Assembly (NCBI GenBank): GCA_030141605.1
Contig: JAQGDQ010000235.1
Span: 62,001-126,000 of the forward strand
Source: Tubiluchus corallicola
Lineage: Eukaryota > Animalia > Priapulida
Length of the DNA stretch: 64,000 nt
Direction of reading: 5' to 3'
Shown here: in pieces, positions 49,430 to 61,900 of the stretch
Layout: each line of letters opens with the position of its first letter
How positions within the stretch are numbered: position 1 is the first letter of the stretch
Translations under genes and position numbers: made by a program
Notes under the pieces: generated by a model
What the model was told of the DNA's origin: nothing
The model's input: the letters and a program-made list of their open reading frames with translations, nothing else
Databases searched by the model: none

Positions 49430-51109
49430 TAAGATATATAATAATCTTTATTTGCCATTAAAAACATTGATAATCACTGATAAATACTTTAAAGAGATAA
49501 TCAATCAGTGTTAGTTAATAAAAACTTACACTGCTGAAGGCAAATGCGTCAGTGCAATCTAAACTACTGTGCAGTAATGACGAATAAAATCAAACATATT
49601 TACAACTATACACAAAAAAATATAAAAAAAACTATGATTTAATTAATATGGCCGTGGGTATATGAATTCGGAATTAGTGTGTATGTTGTCGTACTGGTGT
49701 GATGGTATTTCATATCTGGTTAATATTAGTGATTTTAATTTTGTTTTAAATGCTGATAGGGACTTGATTTGTTTAACCTGTAATGGTAGAGAATTCCAAA
49801 GTAAAATTGCTTGTTTGATTACAGAGTTCGTTCCATAGTGGGTATTTGTCCTAATTTGTTTTAGATTGCTTGTTCTGGAATTAACGATAGGATTTAGAAA
49901 AAAGGTAAATCTGTTATTCTGGAATGGTTTGCTGATGTTGTTAATGTATTTAAATATAAAAAGCAGAGTAAAATATTTTTTGTGTGCTTCAATGATTGGG
50001 AATTTTAAAGTTTTTCTCAGGTTAGTTGTTGAAGCTTTGAATTTTTGTCTACCTGCCTTGTGTTTGTATGAGTACCCAGCTATCAATCTCAACGCACAGT
50101 TTTGAAGGAGATTTAATTTTAAGTAATTTTCTCTTTTGGTTTTTTGAAGTAGCGTACATCCATATAAGAAGTGTGGTAGAACTAAAGTTTTATATATTAG
50201 TGTTTTAGTTTCCTTTGTTAGTTGCCCTTTAACTTGTCGGAGATATGATGTGCTAGATGCCATTTTTGTGTATATGTTATTAAAGTGATCATCCCATGAA
50301 AGATTATTGTCTACTTGTATGCCCAGGAATTTAACATTGATAGTTTGTTTGATTACAGCATTATCTATTGTCAAAGTGGTTGATGATGCATCATTAGTAT
50401 TTAATGAGGGTGACAGTATCATGAATTCTGTTTTGTCATTATTCATTTTTAGCTTGTAATGACTAAATGCCATATTTATATTTTTTATATCTTCTTCTAA
50501 ATAATTTTTTGCAGTTTGGACATTTTCATGGGCTATGTAGATTGTAGTGTCATCAGCGTATTGCGTTATTTGTGAGTGTTTTAATACACTGGATATGTTG
50601 TTTATATATAGGCAAAATAATAACGGACCTAGTAGTGTTCCTTGCGGTATACCTCTGTTTAACGTGGCCCAGTCAGAAAAGTTGGTTGTATCTAACTTTA
50701 CTCGTTGTTGTCTATCTTTGAGATAATTTTGTATCAGTTTTAACGATATCGAATCTAATCCGATTTGTTTTAAATTATCGTAAAGTAGTTCGTGATTAAT
50801 GCTATCGAAAGCTTTACTTAAATCCAAAAATGCTGCTAAAATGTTTTGCTTGTTGTCTACACTATGTCTCCAATTTTCTGTTGTGTGTATTAGGGCGTCA
50901 ATGGTTGAATGGTGTTTACGGAAGCCAAACTGATGTTTTGATAAAAGTTCATGTTTATTTACATCTGAATTTATCTGATCATAAATTACCCTTTCCCAAA
51001 CTTTGCCGAAACAATAGATTACAGAAATTGGGCGATAATTCATGGGATCACATTTTCGATCTTTTTTATGGATTGGAGTCACGTTTGCCATTTTATATAC
51101 CATTATCAT
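49430..51109 (-). mobile_element. 5-prime-truncated CR1/L2-like LINE with uninterrupted RT frame (488 aa)
   Basis: NYRPIS, QFGFR, FLDLSKAFD, GIPQGTLLGPLLF, YADD and KFLG; absent from copy 2, where the site is an (AAT)n tract. Confidence 0.93.
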
Positions 51110-53220
51110 TAATGATGATGATAATGTAAAGGTAGTAGTACTCTAATAATTTTGTTGGTTTACTGCATGTATTTTGCATTTGCTTTATCTAGATTGTAAA
51201 ATATACGTTGTGGTCGTGCGTAGGAATATAATTACAAATTTGCACATGAGATGCCGCCACAAACAGCACGGCAATATCTATAAGCACCTAGACACAGAAT
51301 CTGCAAAATGGCGAGGTCAGGTATGTTCACACTTTTTTTATTAAACCATTGAATGTTTCTGTGCTGTGGTGCAGAGTGATAGATTAAAATAATTACATTC
51401 TGGAGACTCGAAAGTTAAAATATTTCAGTAAAACGCCTAATCTTTGTTCGTTTTCGCTACGCTGATACCAACTTTAAAAAAAAACATTATTTAATGCGAG
51501 GTATATTTTCAATTTTCATTTTATTTACATCAGTGTGTAGGTAAACGACGCGTCTTTCTATTAGAGGACTTGTTTCAGTGATACTTTTGATTTGAGCAAT
51601 TAGGGAACCTGTTAAAAAAGAACCGCCTAAACTGCAAAATACCCGCGAGGGCCAACCGTTAGATGCATAATCAAACAGTTGCTTTGAGGCATTATTGAGA
51701 AGGGTTCCGAGTTCAATTCTAGGTCCCTCTAACTTAATAGTGTAAGTATGTCTTTATAAAAAAGGCCTGTGACAGATTATTTTGTGAAGCCAGATTGTAG
51801 TGACTAAATTTCATTAGTCATCTAATAACACCATTACTTACACGGGATGGTTGATCTTAATAACCTTGACTAGTTCTTTGCCACCTTTTGCCAGTCAATT
51901 TAAAACTATGTCTTGAATGCGCTAATTATTATAATCATATTATTGTTTTTAAGTAAAAATGGTGTTAAATGAAGATACATATTTACTTACTGACACAAAG
52001 TTGAACAAAGTCATGGGATAAACTAGGGTATGCGTTGGTGCTGCTTAAGAAAATAATTTAATGTTTTTACGCTTTTTTACGTCATAGTTCCTTCGAGATT
52101 TAGTTTTCTTCGGGTTTTGAAAAGTTATAATAATTTTTAGGTTAGGGTTGATCATCCTGGGACCGTTAAAGATTTTGCACTCAATACTGAAAAGCCACAT
52201 AATGACACATATTATTTCTACGACATTTTTATCAATTTTGGCAGATGGTTTGGTAGTTTTTGTTTAATTTTAAAGTTTCACCATTATACAAAAACAACTA
52301 TAGTTGTGAATTTTTTAAAAGGCATAAAATGTTGGATTTGTATCACCTGTAATTACAGCAATTTGTTAGTTTACCTGGAAATGATACCCTGGAGCGAGTG
52401 CACTCATGCACTTAAATAGCTAATTATTTATAAAACTGGCATAGTTATTTCCACAAGCTTTAATTATATTTTTATTAGTATTATAGACCAACGCTTGCAA
52501 TCTTCTCGCGTGTAATTTATTATGTTACCTGGCAAAATGCTCCAAAACTACTCTGCAAGTATATTTAGTATAGTTGAAAAAATATTTAAAACTATGTAAA
52601 AAGAAGTGTAAAATTAGTCAAACAAATTTTAAAACCTCATACGACAAAATTAATTATTATGATTTACCTTTAATTAAATTAGCACAGAATGCAGAGGTAA
52701 GCAGTAAAGTGCTCAGAATTCATCAAAAATAAGTTCAGTGGTTATACTTGTATGCAAATTGCAAGAAAGAGAATTATACTTGATAGTAAACCCCCAAACC
52801 TCTTCCTTCTGTTGCTATGCAACTTTACTGAAAATTGTAACACAAACTTTGAAGCTATTTTCTCATAATATTAGTTTTGGTTTTTTTCAACATCCCCAGG
52901 CTTAGAAATAAAGTAGAACTGAAACAGGTACCAAAATGATCATGTTGAATAGGAGAACAGGAATGTACACATATTTAGAAATTCATACCTAGTGGAAGAT
53001 TTTGCTATACAAGGTCTCTTATTGTAAAATTCAATAACCTTCACAGATGCTATAATACGTCTTTTATTGAAAAAATAAACAGCTAACCAAGCGGCTATGG
53101 ATGTGCCAGCCAGTGAAAGCAGCTGCGTGAACGATCAAGTTCCAAAGTTGAATTCTAACTTAATTAACTGGTTGATTATTTTGATACTTCTGCTTAGTAA
53201 TTTAGAGTTCATGTAAAAGC

Positions 53221-55425
53221 AACAGGGGCTGGGGGAGGCAGAGGGACAATTGTCACCCTTGCATTATTGTAAGCACACCGACTTTATATAACAGGGAGTG
53301 GGGGGAGGCAGAGGGACAATTGCCACCCTTGCATTATTGTAAGCACACCAACTTTGTATAGCAGGGGGTGGGGGAGGCAGAGGGACAATTGCCACCCTTG
53401 CATTATTGTAAGCACACCGACTTTGTATAACAGGGGGTGGGGGAGGCAGAGGGACAATTGCCACCCTTGCATTATTGTAAGCACACCGACTTTGTATAAC
53501 AGGGGGTGGGAGAGGCAGATGGACAATTGCCACCCTTGCATTATTGTAAGCACACAGACTTTGTATAACATGGGGTGGGGGAGGCAGAGGAACAATTGCC
53601 ACCCTTGCATTATTGTAAACACACCGACTTTGCGTAACAGGGAGTGGGGGAGGCAGAGGGACAATTGCCACCCTTGCATTATTGTAAGCACACCGACTTT
53701 GTATAACAGGGAGTGGGAGAGGCAGAGGGACAATTGCGACCCTTGCATTATTGCAAGCACACCGACTTTATATAACAGGGAGTGGGGGGAGGCAGAGGGA
53801 CAATTGCCACCCTTGCATTATTGTAAGCACACCGACTTTGTATAACAGGGGGTGGGGGAGGCAGAGGGACAATTGCCACCCTTGCATTATTGTAAGCACA
53901 CCGACTTTGTATAACAGGAGGTGGGGGAGGCAGAGGGACAATTGCCACCCTTGCATTATTGTAAGCACACCGACTTTGTATAACAGGGGGTGGGAGAGGC
54001 AGATGGACAATTGCCACCCTTGCATTATTGTAAGCACACAGACTTTGTATAACATGGGGTGGGGGAGGCAGAGGAACAATTGCCACCCTTGCATTATTGT
54101 AAACACACCAACTTTGCGTAACAGGGAGTGGGGGAGGCAGAGGGACAATTGCCACCCTTGCATTATTGTAAGCACACCGACTTTGTATAACAGGGAGTGG
54201 GGGAGGCAGAGGAACAATTGCCACCCTTGCATTATTATAAGCACACCGACTTTGTATAACAGGGAGTGGGAGAGGCAGAGGAACAATTGCCACCCTTGCA
54301 TTATTGTAAGCACACCGACTTTGTATAACAGGGAGTGGGAGAGGCAGAGGGACAATTGCGACCCTTGCATTATTGCAAGCACACCGACTTTATATAACAG
54401 AGAGTGGGGGAGGCAGAGGGACAATTGCCACCCTTGCATTATTGTAAGCACACAGACTTTGTATAACAGGGTGTGGGGGAGGCAGAGAGACAGTTGCCAC
54501 CCTTGCATTATTGTAAGCACACCGACTTTGTATAACAGGGAGTGGGAGAGGCAGAGGGACAATTGCGACCCTTGCATTATTGCAAGCACACCGACTTTAT
54601 ATAACAGAGAGTGGGGGAGGCAGAGGGACAATTGCCACCCTTGCATTATTGTAAGCACGCCAGCTTTGTATAACAGGGGGTGGGAGAGGCAGAGGGACAA
54701 TTGCGACCCTTGCATTATTGCAAGCACACCGACTTTGTATAACAGGGAGTGGGAGAGGCAGAGGGACAATTGCCCCCCTTGCATTATTGTAAGCACACCG
54801 ACTTTATATAACAGAGAGTGGGAGAGGCAGAGGGACAATTGCGACCTTGTATTATTGTAAGCACACCGACTTTATATAACAGAGAGTGGGGGAGGCAGAG
54901 GGACAATTGCCACCCTTGCATTATTGTAAGCACGCCAGCTTTGTATAACAGGGGGTGAGAGAGGCAGAGGCACAATTGCCACCCTTGCATTATTGTAAGC
55001 ACACAGACTTTGTATAACGGTGTGGGGGAGGCAGAGGGACAGTTGCCACCCTTGCATTATTGTAAGCACACCGACTTTATATAACAGAGAGTGGGGGAGG
55101 CAGAGGGACAATTGCCCCCCTTGCATTATTGTAAGCACACCGACTTTATATAACAGAGAGTGGGGGAGGCAGAGGGACAATTGCCACCCTTGCATTATTG
55201 TAAGCACGCCAGCTTTGTATAACAGGGGGTGAGAGAGGCAGAGGGACAATTGCCACCCTTGCATTATTGTAAGCACACAGACTTTGTATAACGGTGTGGG
55301 GGAGGCAGAGGGACAGTTGCCACCCTTGCATTATTGTACGCACACCAGCTTTGTGTAACAGGAGGTGGGGGAGGCAGAGGGACAATTGCCACCCCTGCAT
55401 TATTGTAAGCACACGACTTTGTATA
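53221..55425. repeat. 69-bp G-rich minisatellite, about 32 copies, in the intron before ZF array 2
   Basis: Same family as 42325-43992. Confidence 0.95.
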
Positions 55426-55766
55426 AGGAGTACAAAAATAGGAAGAAATAAGAAAGGATGAAAGAGAAAAAATGGTCAGAAAATGAAATTATTTCTTAGC
55501 TATTTGCACTGCTTTTACTTATTAACATTCAAAAATGTAGAATTGTAGATTATATATGTAGATATTTGTAATCGCAAATTGCTTTTGTGTCAATAAACTA
55601 ATGTTTCTAGATGGTGTTCTTAAATCTTAAACCTGTTACATAGTCTTAATAATGATATTCAATAAGGATGTTGCATTTTTAACTGTAAATTTTAGTTTTC
55701 CTTTCTTTTTGATACAGGTGTCGCCTCCTGCACTGAACTGAAGTCTCGGAGCTGTGATCTCTGCTC

Positions 55767-56891
55767 TTGGGGAAGCCAATCTCACAGTTATGCAAAACGC
55801 CTTTAAAGCTTGTAGCCGTGGTCAGTGCAAGAAATCATTTTGCCATCAAAGTACTCTTTATAAGCACTCTTTACACAGGTATGAAACCTCACAGGTGTGA
55901 CCAGTGCCACAAATCATTCTCTCAGCAAAGTCATCTTCTCAGGCACCTGAACACTCATACTGGAATGAAGCCCCACAGATGTGACTTATGTGACAAATCA
56001 TTTTCTGGGCGAGGTAATCTTCTCAGGCACATGAACACTCACACTGGATTGAAACCCCACAAATGTGACTTATGTGACAAATCATTTTCTCAGCGAGGTA
56101 ATCTTCTCAGGCACATGAACACTCATACTGGAATGAAACCCCACAAATGTGACTTATGTGACAAATCATTTTCTGAGCGAGGTAATCTTCTCAGTCACAT
56201 GAACACTCACACTGGATTGAAACCCCACAAATGTGACTTATGTGACAAATCATTTTCTGGGCGAGGTAATCTTCTCAGGCACATGAACACTCACACTGGA
56301 TTGAAACCCCACAAATGTGACTTATGTGACAAATCATTCTCTCGTCGTGATCATCTTCTCAGCCACATGAACACTCATTCTGGAATGAAACCCCACAAAT
56401 GTGACTTATGTGACAAATCATTTTCTGAGCGAGGTAATCTTCTCAGTCACATGAACACTCACACTGGAATGAAGCCCCACAGATGTGATTTATGTAACGA
56501 ATCATTTTCTCAGCAAGGTAGTCTTCTCAGACACATGAACACTCATACTGGATTGAAACCCCACAAATGTGACTTATGTGACAAATCATTTTCTGTGCGA
56601 GGCGATCTTCTCAGGCACATGAACACTCACACTGGATTGAAACCCCACAGATGTGACTTATGTGACAAATCATTTTCTCACCGAGGTAATCTTCTCAGGC
56701 ACATGAACACTCACACTGGATTGAAACTCCACAAATGTGACTTATGTGACAAATCATTTTCTATGCGAGGTAATCTTCTCAGTCACATGAACACTCATAC
56801 TGGAATGAAACCCCACAAATGTGATTTATGTGACAAATCATTTTCTCTACGAGGTAATCTTGTCAGGCACATGAGTGTTCATACAGCATAG
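55767..56891 (+). CDS. C2H2 zinc-finger array protein 2 (12 intact fingers)
   Basis: Paralog of array 1; first in-frame ATG at 55881; candidate acceptors at 55717 and 55878. Confidence 0.9.
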   Translation: MGKPISQLCKTPLKLVAVVSARNHFAIKVLFISTLYTGMKPHRCDQCHKSFSQQSHLLRHLNTHTGMKPHRCDLCDKSFSGRGNLLRHMNTHTGLKPHKCDLCDKSFSQRGNLLRHMNTHTGMKPHKCDLCDKSFSERGNLLSHMNTHTGLKPHKCDLCDKSFSGRGNLLRHMNTHTGLKPHKCDLCDKSFSRRDHLLSHMNTHSGMKPHKCDLCDKSFSERGNLLSHMNTHTGMKPHRCDLCNESFSQQGSLLRHMNTHTGLKPHKCDLCDKSFSVRGDLLRHMNTHTGLKPHRCDLCDKSFSHRGNLLRHMNTHTGLKLHKCDLCDKSFSMRGNLLSHMNTHTGMKPHKCDLCDKSFSLRGNLVRHMSVHTA

Positions 56892-57515
56892 ACATGGCAG
56901 TGGGCAGCGTGTTTACCTTGGTGTAGATAAATTACAATTTAATCATTTCAGTGTAAATCAAGCATTCAGGTCAAGTTGTACTGAGTCAATGCATTTATGG
57001 GGCACCTTGTAATCATGATAGTCATCTGTTGTAAAAACAAGGAGACTAAACGATTGCTGGTCAACCATTAAAACACTAAAGCTCTTAGTCAGTCATTCAT
57101 TAATTATGTGAATGAATGACTCAATGGACAAAAGAGAAAACAAAGTGAAATAAATACTTACTGACTAGCAAACTATTTAACTGACTGTTGGAGTGAATAA
57201 CCGACTTACTGACGTACTGACTAACTGACTGACTGGCTGGTTGGCTGGCTGGTGGTGTGAATAACTGACTCTCTGACTTACAGGCTAACTGATTGTCTAA
57301 CTGACTGACTGGCTGGTTGACTAGTTCAGTGGCTAGCTGGCTCATGAACAAAGGCACAACAAGCCAATGTTGAAGGTTAGGTTCAGTTTGTGAAATTAGG
57401 GTTAGGATTTGAAAAATATGTATATTAATTTTAGTTTTAAAAGTATTCGTTTGCTAAAGGCAATGATGTAATGTTCATAATGAAGGAATATATTGTGAAA
57501 CTTTGTGACACTGTT

Positions 57516-57868
57516 TGACTTATTTTAATGTATTTGCAGGACATGTGTTGGTGCAAATGACTTATTTTAATGTATTTGCGGGACATGTGTTGGTGCAACA
57601 TTGACTTATTTTAATGCATTTGCAGGACATGTGTTGGTGCAACATTGACTTATTTTAATGCATTTGCAGGACATGTGTTGGTGCAACATTGACTTATTTT
57701 AATGCATTTGCAGGACATGTGTTGGTGCAACATTGACTTATTTTAATGTATTTGCAGGACATGTGTTGGTGCAACATTGACTTATTTTAATGCATTTGCA
57801 GGACACGTGTTGGTGCAACATTTACTTATTTTAATGCATTTGCAGGACATGTGTTGGTGCAACATTGA
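57516..57868. repeat. 44-bp minisatellite, about 8 copies
   Basis: Same unit as 46069-46511. Confidence 0.95.
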
Positions 57869-58754
57869 TGCAAAACTTTTATTATTTTACTGTTATTTTA
57901 CTGGCTTGTATTTCATAAACTTTCTAAAAAGTATATTGTATGAAACATTCACAGAGTTGTAACTTTGCTTTTTCTCCTTGTCAATAGGGAAAAGGGATAT
58001 ACCATCTCCCCTTGCATGGGTTAAATTTCAACTACAAAAATATCTAAAGAAACTGATGGAAAACATGAATAAACACATATTGTGGAGATCCACTAGAATT
58101 AAATAGAATATTGTAGAATGCTCTATAGTATAGTAGAACAATCTTCTTACCTTGTAGAAGTTTCGAGAACTTTCTATTTCTAGATTGTTCCTTGGCACTG
58201 ATATATAAGGCAGAGCTGGCCGCTGGAGATAGTAGTAGTGCATGCATTCTCTTGTATTCTCAGATTCTCAGATGAATCTTTCACGTTTCCAGATTATCAC
58301 ATTTACTGTAAACATTTCGTGATCCTTCATACTTTTGGGTTGTAGAATTCTCGCATAATAAACTTGTTTAATTTGATGACGTGTTTTCTGGTTTTCGCGA
58401 CGAGCCTTCTGGGAGAAACAAAACACAACAACACAATATTTTAAGTTTAATAAGTACAATAGAACAATGTCGCGAAACCATCACTCCCGTGAGTTGTTAC
58501 TTGGATAACATTTTGTCTCTAACTGATAATCCTGTGGATGTAGACAAGACAAACCATTTAAATGTGTCTTTACAGCTGAAAAAAGCTGCTTTGTAACTTA
58601 TAGAACAATGAATCCTTCACATGTTCCCTCAACTATAATCAATGACTACACCTGGTATATCAGAATGGATAGGAGCAGGTTATCATTGGTTATCAGGTTA
58701 CCAGAATGGACCTCATTGCAGAGCTCATAGATTTCTTGTAGAAATTAAAAGTAG

Positions 58755-60085
58755 GAGGGAGAGGCTGCAACATACACCCATCTGTGACTGTGCACTGGGT
58801 CCATACAGTGCAGTTCAAGATGAAAAACAAGTGGAGGCAGAGGCTACGACATACACACGTCCGTGACTGTGCACTGGGTCCATATGGTGCAGTTCAAGAT
58901 GAAGAGCAAGTGGAGGCAGAGGCTACGACATACGCACGTCTGTGACTGTGCACTGGGTCCATACGGCACAGTTCAACATGAAGAGCAAGTGGAGGCAGAG
59001 GCTATGACATGCACACGTATGTGACTGTGCACTGGGTCCATACGGCACAGTTCAAGATGAAGAGCAAGTGGAGGCAGAGGCTATGACACGCACGTCTGTG
59101 ACTGTGCACTGGGTCCATATGGGCAGTTCAAGATGAAAAACAAGTGGAGGCAGAGGCTATGACATGCACACGTCTGTGACTGTGCACTGGGTCCATATGG
59201 GCAGTTCAAGATGAAGAGCAAGTGGAGGCAGAGGCTACGACATACACACGTCTGTGACTGTGCACTGGGTCCATATGGTGCAGTTCAAGATGAAGAGCAA
59301 GTGGAGGCAGAGGCTATGACATGCACACATATGTGACTGTGCACTGAGTCCATATGGGCAGTTCAAGATGAAGAACAAGTGGAGGCAGAGGCTATGACAT
59401 GCACATGTCTGTGACTGAGCACTGGTCCATACAGTGCAGTTCAAGATGAAGAGCAAGTGGAGGCAGAGGCTATGACATGCACATGTCTGTGACTGTGCAC
59501 TGGGTCCATATGGGCAGTTCAAGATGATCAGCAAGTAGAGGTAGAGGCTATGCCATGCACACGTCTGTGACTGTGCACTGAGTCCATATGGGCAGTTCAA
59601 GATGAAGAACAAGTGGAGGCAGAGGCTATGACATGCACATGTCTGTGACTGAGCACTGGTCCATACAGTGCAGTTCAAGATGAAGAGCAAGTGGAGGCAG
59701 AGGCTATGACATGCACATGTCTGTGACTGTGCACTGGGTCCATATGGGCAGTTCAAGATGATCAGCAAGTAGAGGTAGAGGCTATGCCATGCACACATCT
59801 GTGACTGTGCACTGAGTCCATATGGGCAGTTCAAGATGAAGAACAAGTGGAGGCAGAGGCTATGACATGCACATGTCTGTGACTGAGCACTGGTCCATAC
59901 AGTGCAGTTCAAGATGAAGAGCAAGTGGAGGCAGAGGCTATGACATGCACATGTCTGTGACTGTGCACTGGGTCCATATGGGCAGTTCAAGATGAACAGC
60001 AAGTAGAGGTAGAGGCTATGCCATGCACACGTCTGTGACTGTGCACTGGGTGCACACGGTGCAGTTCAAAATGAAGAGCAAGTGC
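58755..60085. repeat. 78-79-bp minisatellite, about 17 copies, with a 234-bp higher-order trimer
   Basis: Same unit as 48196-48438; the variant gatcagcaagtagaggtag recurs at 59526 and 59760. Confidence 0.95.
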
Positions 60086-61266
60086 TATGTCATTGGGAAA
60101 AAACTGCATTTGTCAGAAACAAGACTGTTTTTAACGATATTAACAAGGACTCTATTAAATATTTTCAGTCTTCAGGACAGTAAGCTACTCCTCAATTTCA
60201 TGTCAGATTGTTTCAGGTAATTTTAATTGTTATGTGATCAATTTGTTTTTTGTCTTGTTGAACTAATTTCCTCTTTGTTACTTCTTGCCCTTGGCACTTG
60301 TAATTATTTGTCAATAAATCTAATCTAATCTCAAAATTTAATCTAAAATCATAAAATAAATATTATACATGTGTCAGTACTATGTATAATACATTTAATT
60401 TTTTTTTTGATGCCTTGTCAGCATTAATCTTGAGTACAGCAGATCTGTTTCTTAGAGTTTTCAGTATGCAAAACACGGTGTAGTTGTGTTAGTTTATTAC
60501 ATATAAAGTATTTTTTGTGCCATTGTAATTATAGAATCAATTCTTTAGATAGCAAAATCTTTTAAACTGCTCCACGTGTGAATGACTCAACAGGACGGGT
60601 TAAAAACGTTGCTGAAATTACATTTATGTTAATAAGCATATTCAGAAATTCCTGTTGCTTAGTGGAATCATGGAGTTGGATAAAATTGCTGTATTCCCCG
60701 ATAATTAGATGGTACATACATAAAATATAAACAGTGTTTTATAAGTCAAAGCACTAGTCCTGCGTTTTGTCGCTGTGGTGACAGTCTTGTTGTATGCTAA
60801 TTGCAGTTAAAGCTCATTTTATTCTACTTTGATAATTGCCATGTAACTAACTGTAGACGGTAAATCTTTGGTTTTTTAAATATTAGACTGGAATAATTTG
60901 ATAATACTAGTGCAGGTAATAATAATAATAATAACGTTAAAGTAGTAGTAATCTAATAATTTTGTTGCTCTAGTGCATGTATTGTGTATTTGCTTTATCT
61001 AGATTGTGGGATATACGTTGTGGTCGTGCGTAGGAATATAATGACAAATTTGCACATGAGATGACGCCACAAGCAGCACGGCAAAATCAATAAGCACATT
61101 CCGTCTCTATCGACGCGTCCTGTGTTATTGTTAGCGATTGACAAAAAGTCCTTGATACGTTGTTAGATATTACTCTTGAAGCCTATAATTAATATTTAAA
61201 ATGTGTATACAGCAGATTTTATAGTTTATGTTAAAGTGACCGCGTGTACGTGTTTCCTAGGAAAAC

Positions 61267-61447
61267 ATGAGTAACTCGAAGAATAACTGTCCTTTCGCAG
61301 CGGCTGGTAAAAAGAAAGGTGGCGGTTTTTTGTCTAGAAAGGTGAGAAAGGATAAAGAAATTAAAGATGGATTCACAGAGGAGGATTTATTGAACAAACC
61401 GCATATATCCCCAGACGATGTTTTAAAGCTCACAAGAATCACAGAAC
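61267..61447 (+). CDS. UNC119: Protein unc-119 homolog, first coding exon
   Basis: FTEEDLLNKPHISPDDVLKLTRITE resembles the UNC119 N-terminal segment preceding YLC; donor C|gtaagt (phase 1). Next exon not found in the window. Confidence 0.75.
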
Positions 61448-61900
61448 GTAAGTTGTATTTTTGTAAAGCTCAGTCTCAGGCTTAAACTGAGTGAGTGTTA
61501 AAGTTTGTATGAGATAAGAAAAATATTTTTATTTCACTGTTGAAAATTTGAAGACTAGGTTTATTTCTCTCACATATTGTTGAAACCATAAATTTAGTTG
61601 TGTGTACCTACTATATCTTCTATTTTGCTGACTTTTTTTTCATGTACGAACTGGTGAGTGAGAAAATTTATTTTTCAAAAGCTTTGCTATACAGAGAAGC
61701 TTGATTGACATGCCCCAGGAATTAATAGATACTGTAATTAATGCAATGTTGAGACATATACATTTATTCGTTTCCTGTTGCAAAAATTGCAAATATTCTT
61801 CAGTAGTACTTTGTACTTGTTTCCTAGATTTGAAACAATGAATTATACTAAGTCTTTTACTTATTACTCACATTAGGTCTAGGTAGGTAGTCGATGTGCG

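Larger units (their letters stand above)
39302..51288 (+). repeat. Segmental tandem duplication, copy 1 (zinc-finger gene unit)
   Basis: Starts acacagaatctgcaaaatggcg and ends ataagcac; collinear with 51292-61098 apart from insertions. Confidence 0.92.
51292..61098 (+). repeat. Segmental tandem duplication, copy 2
   Basis: Collinear with copy 1; carries its own ~1.1-kb insertion at about 52055-53195. Confidence 0.92.
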
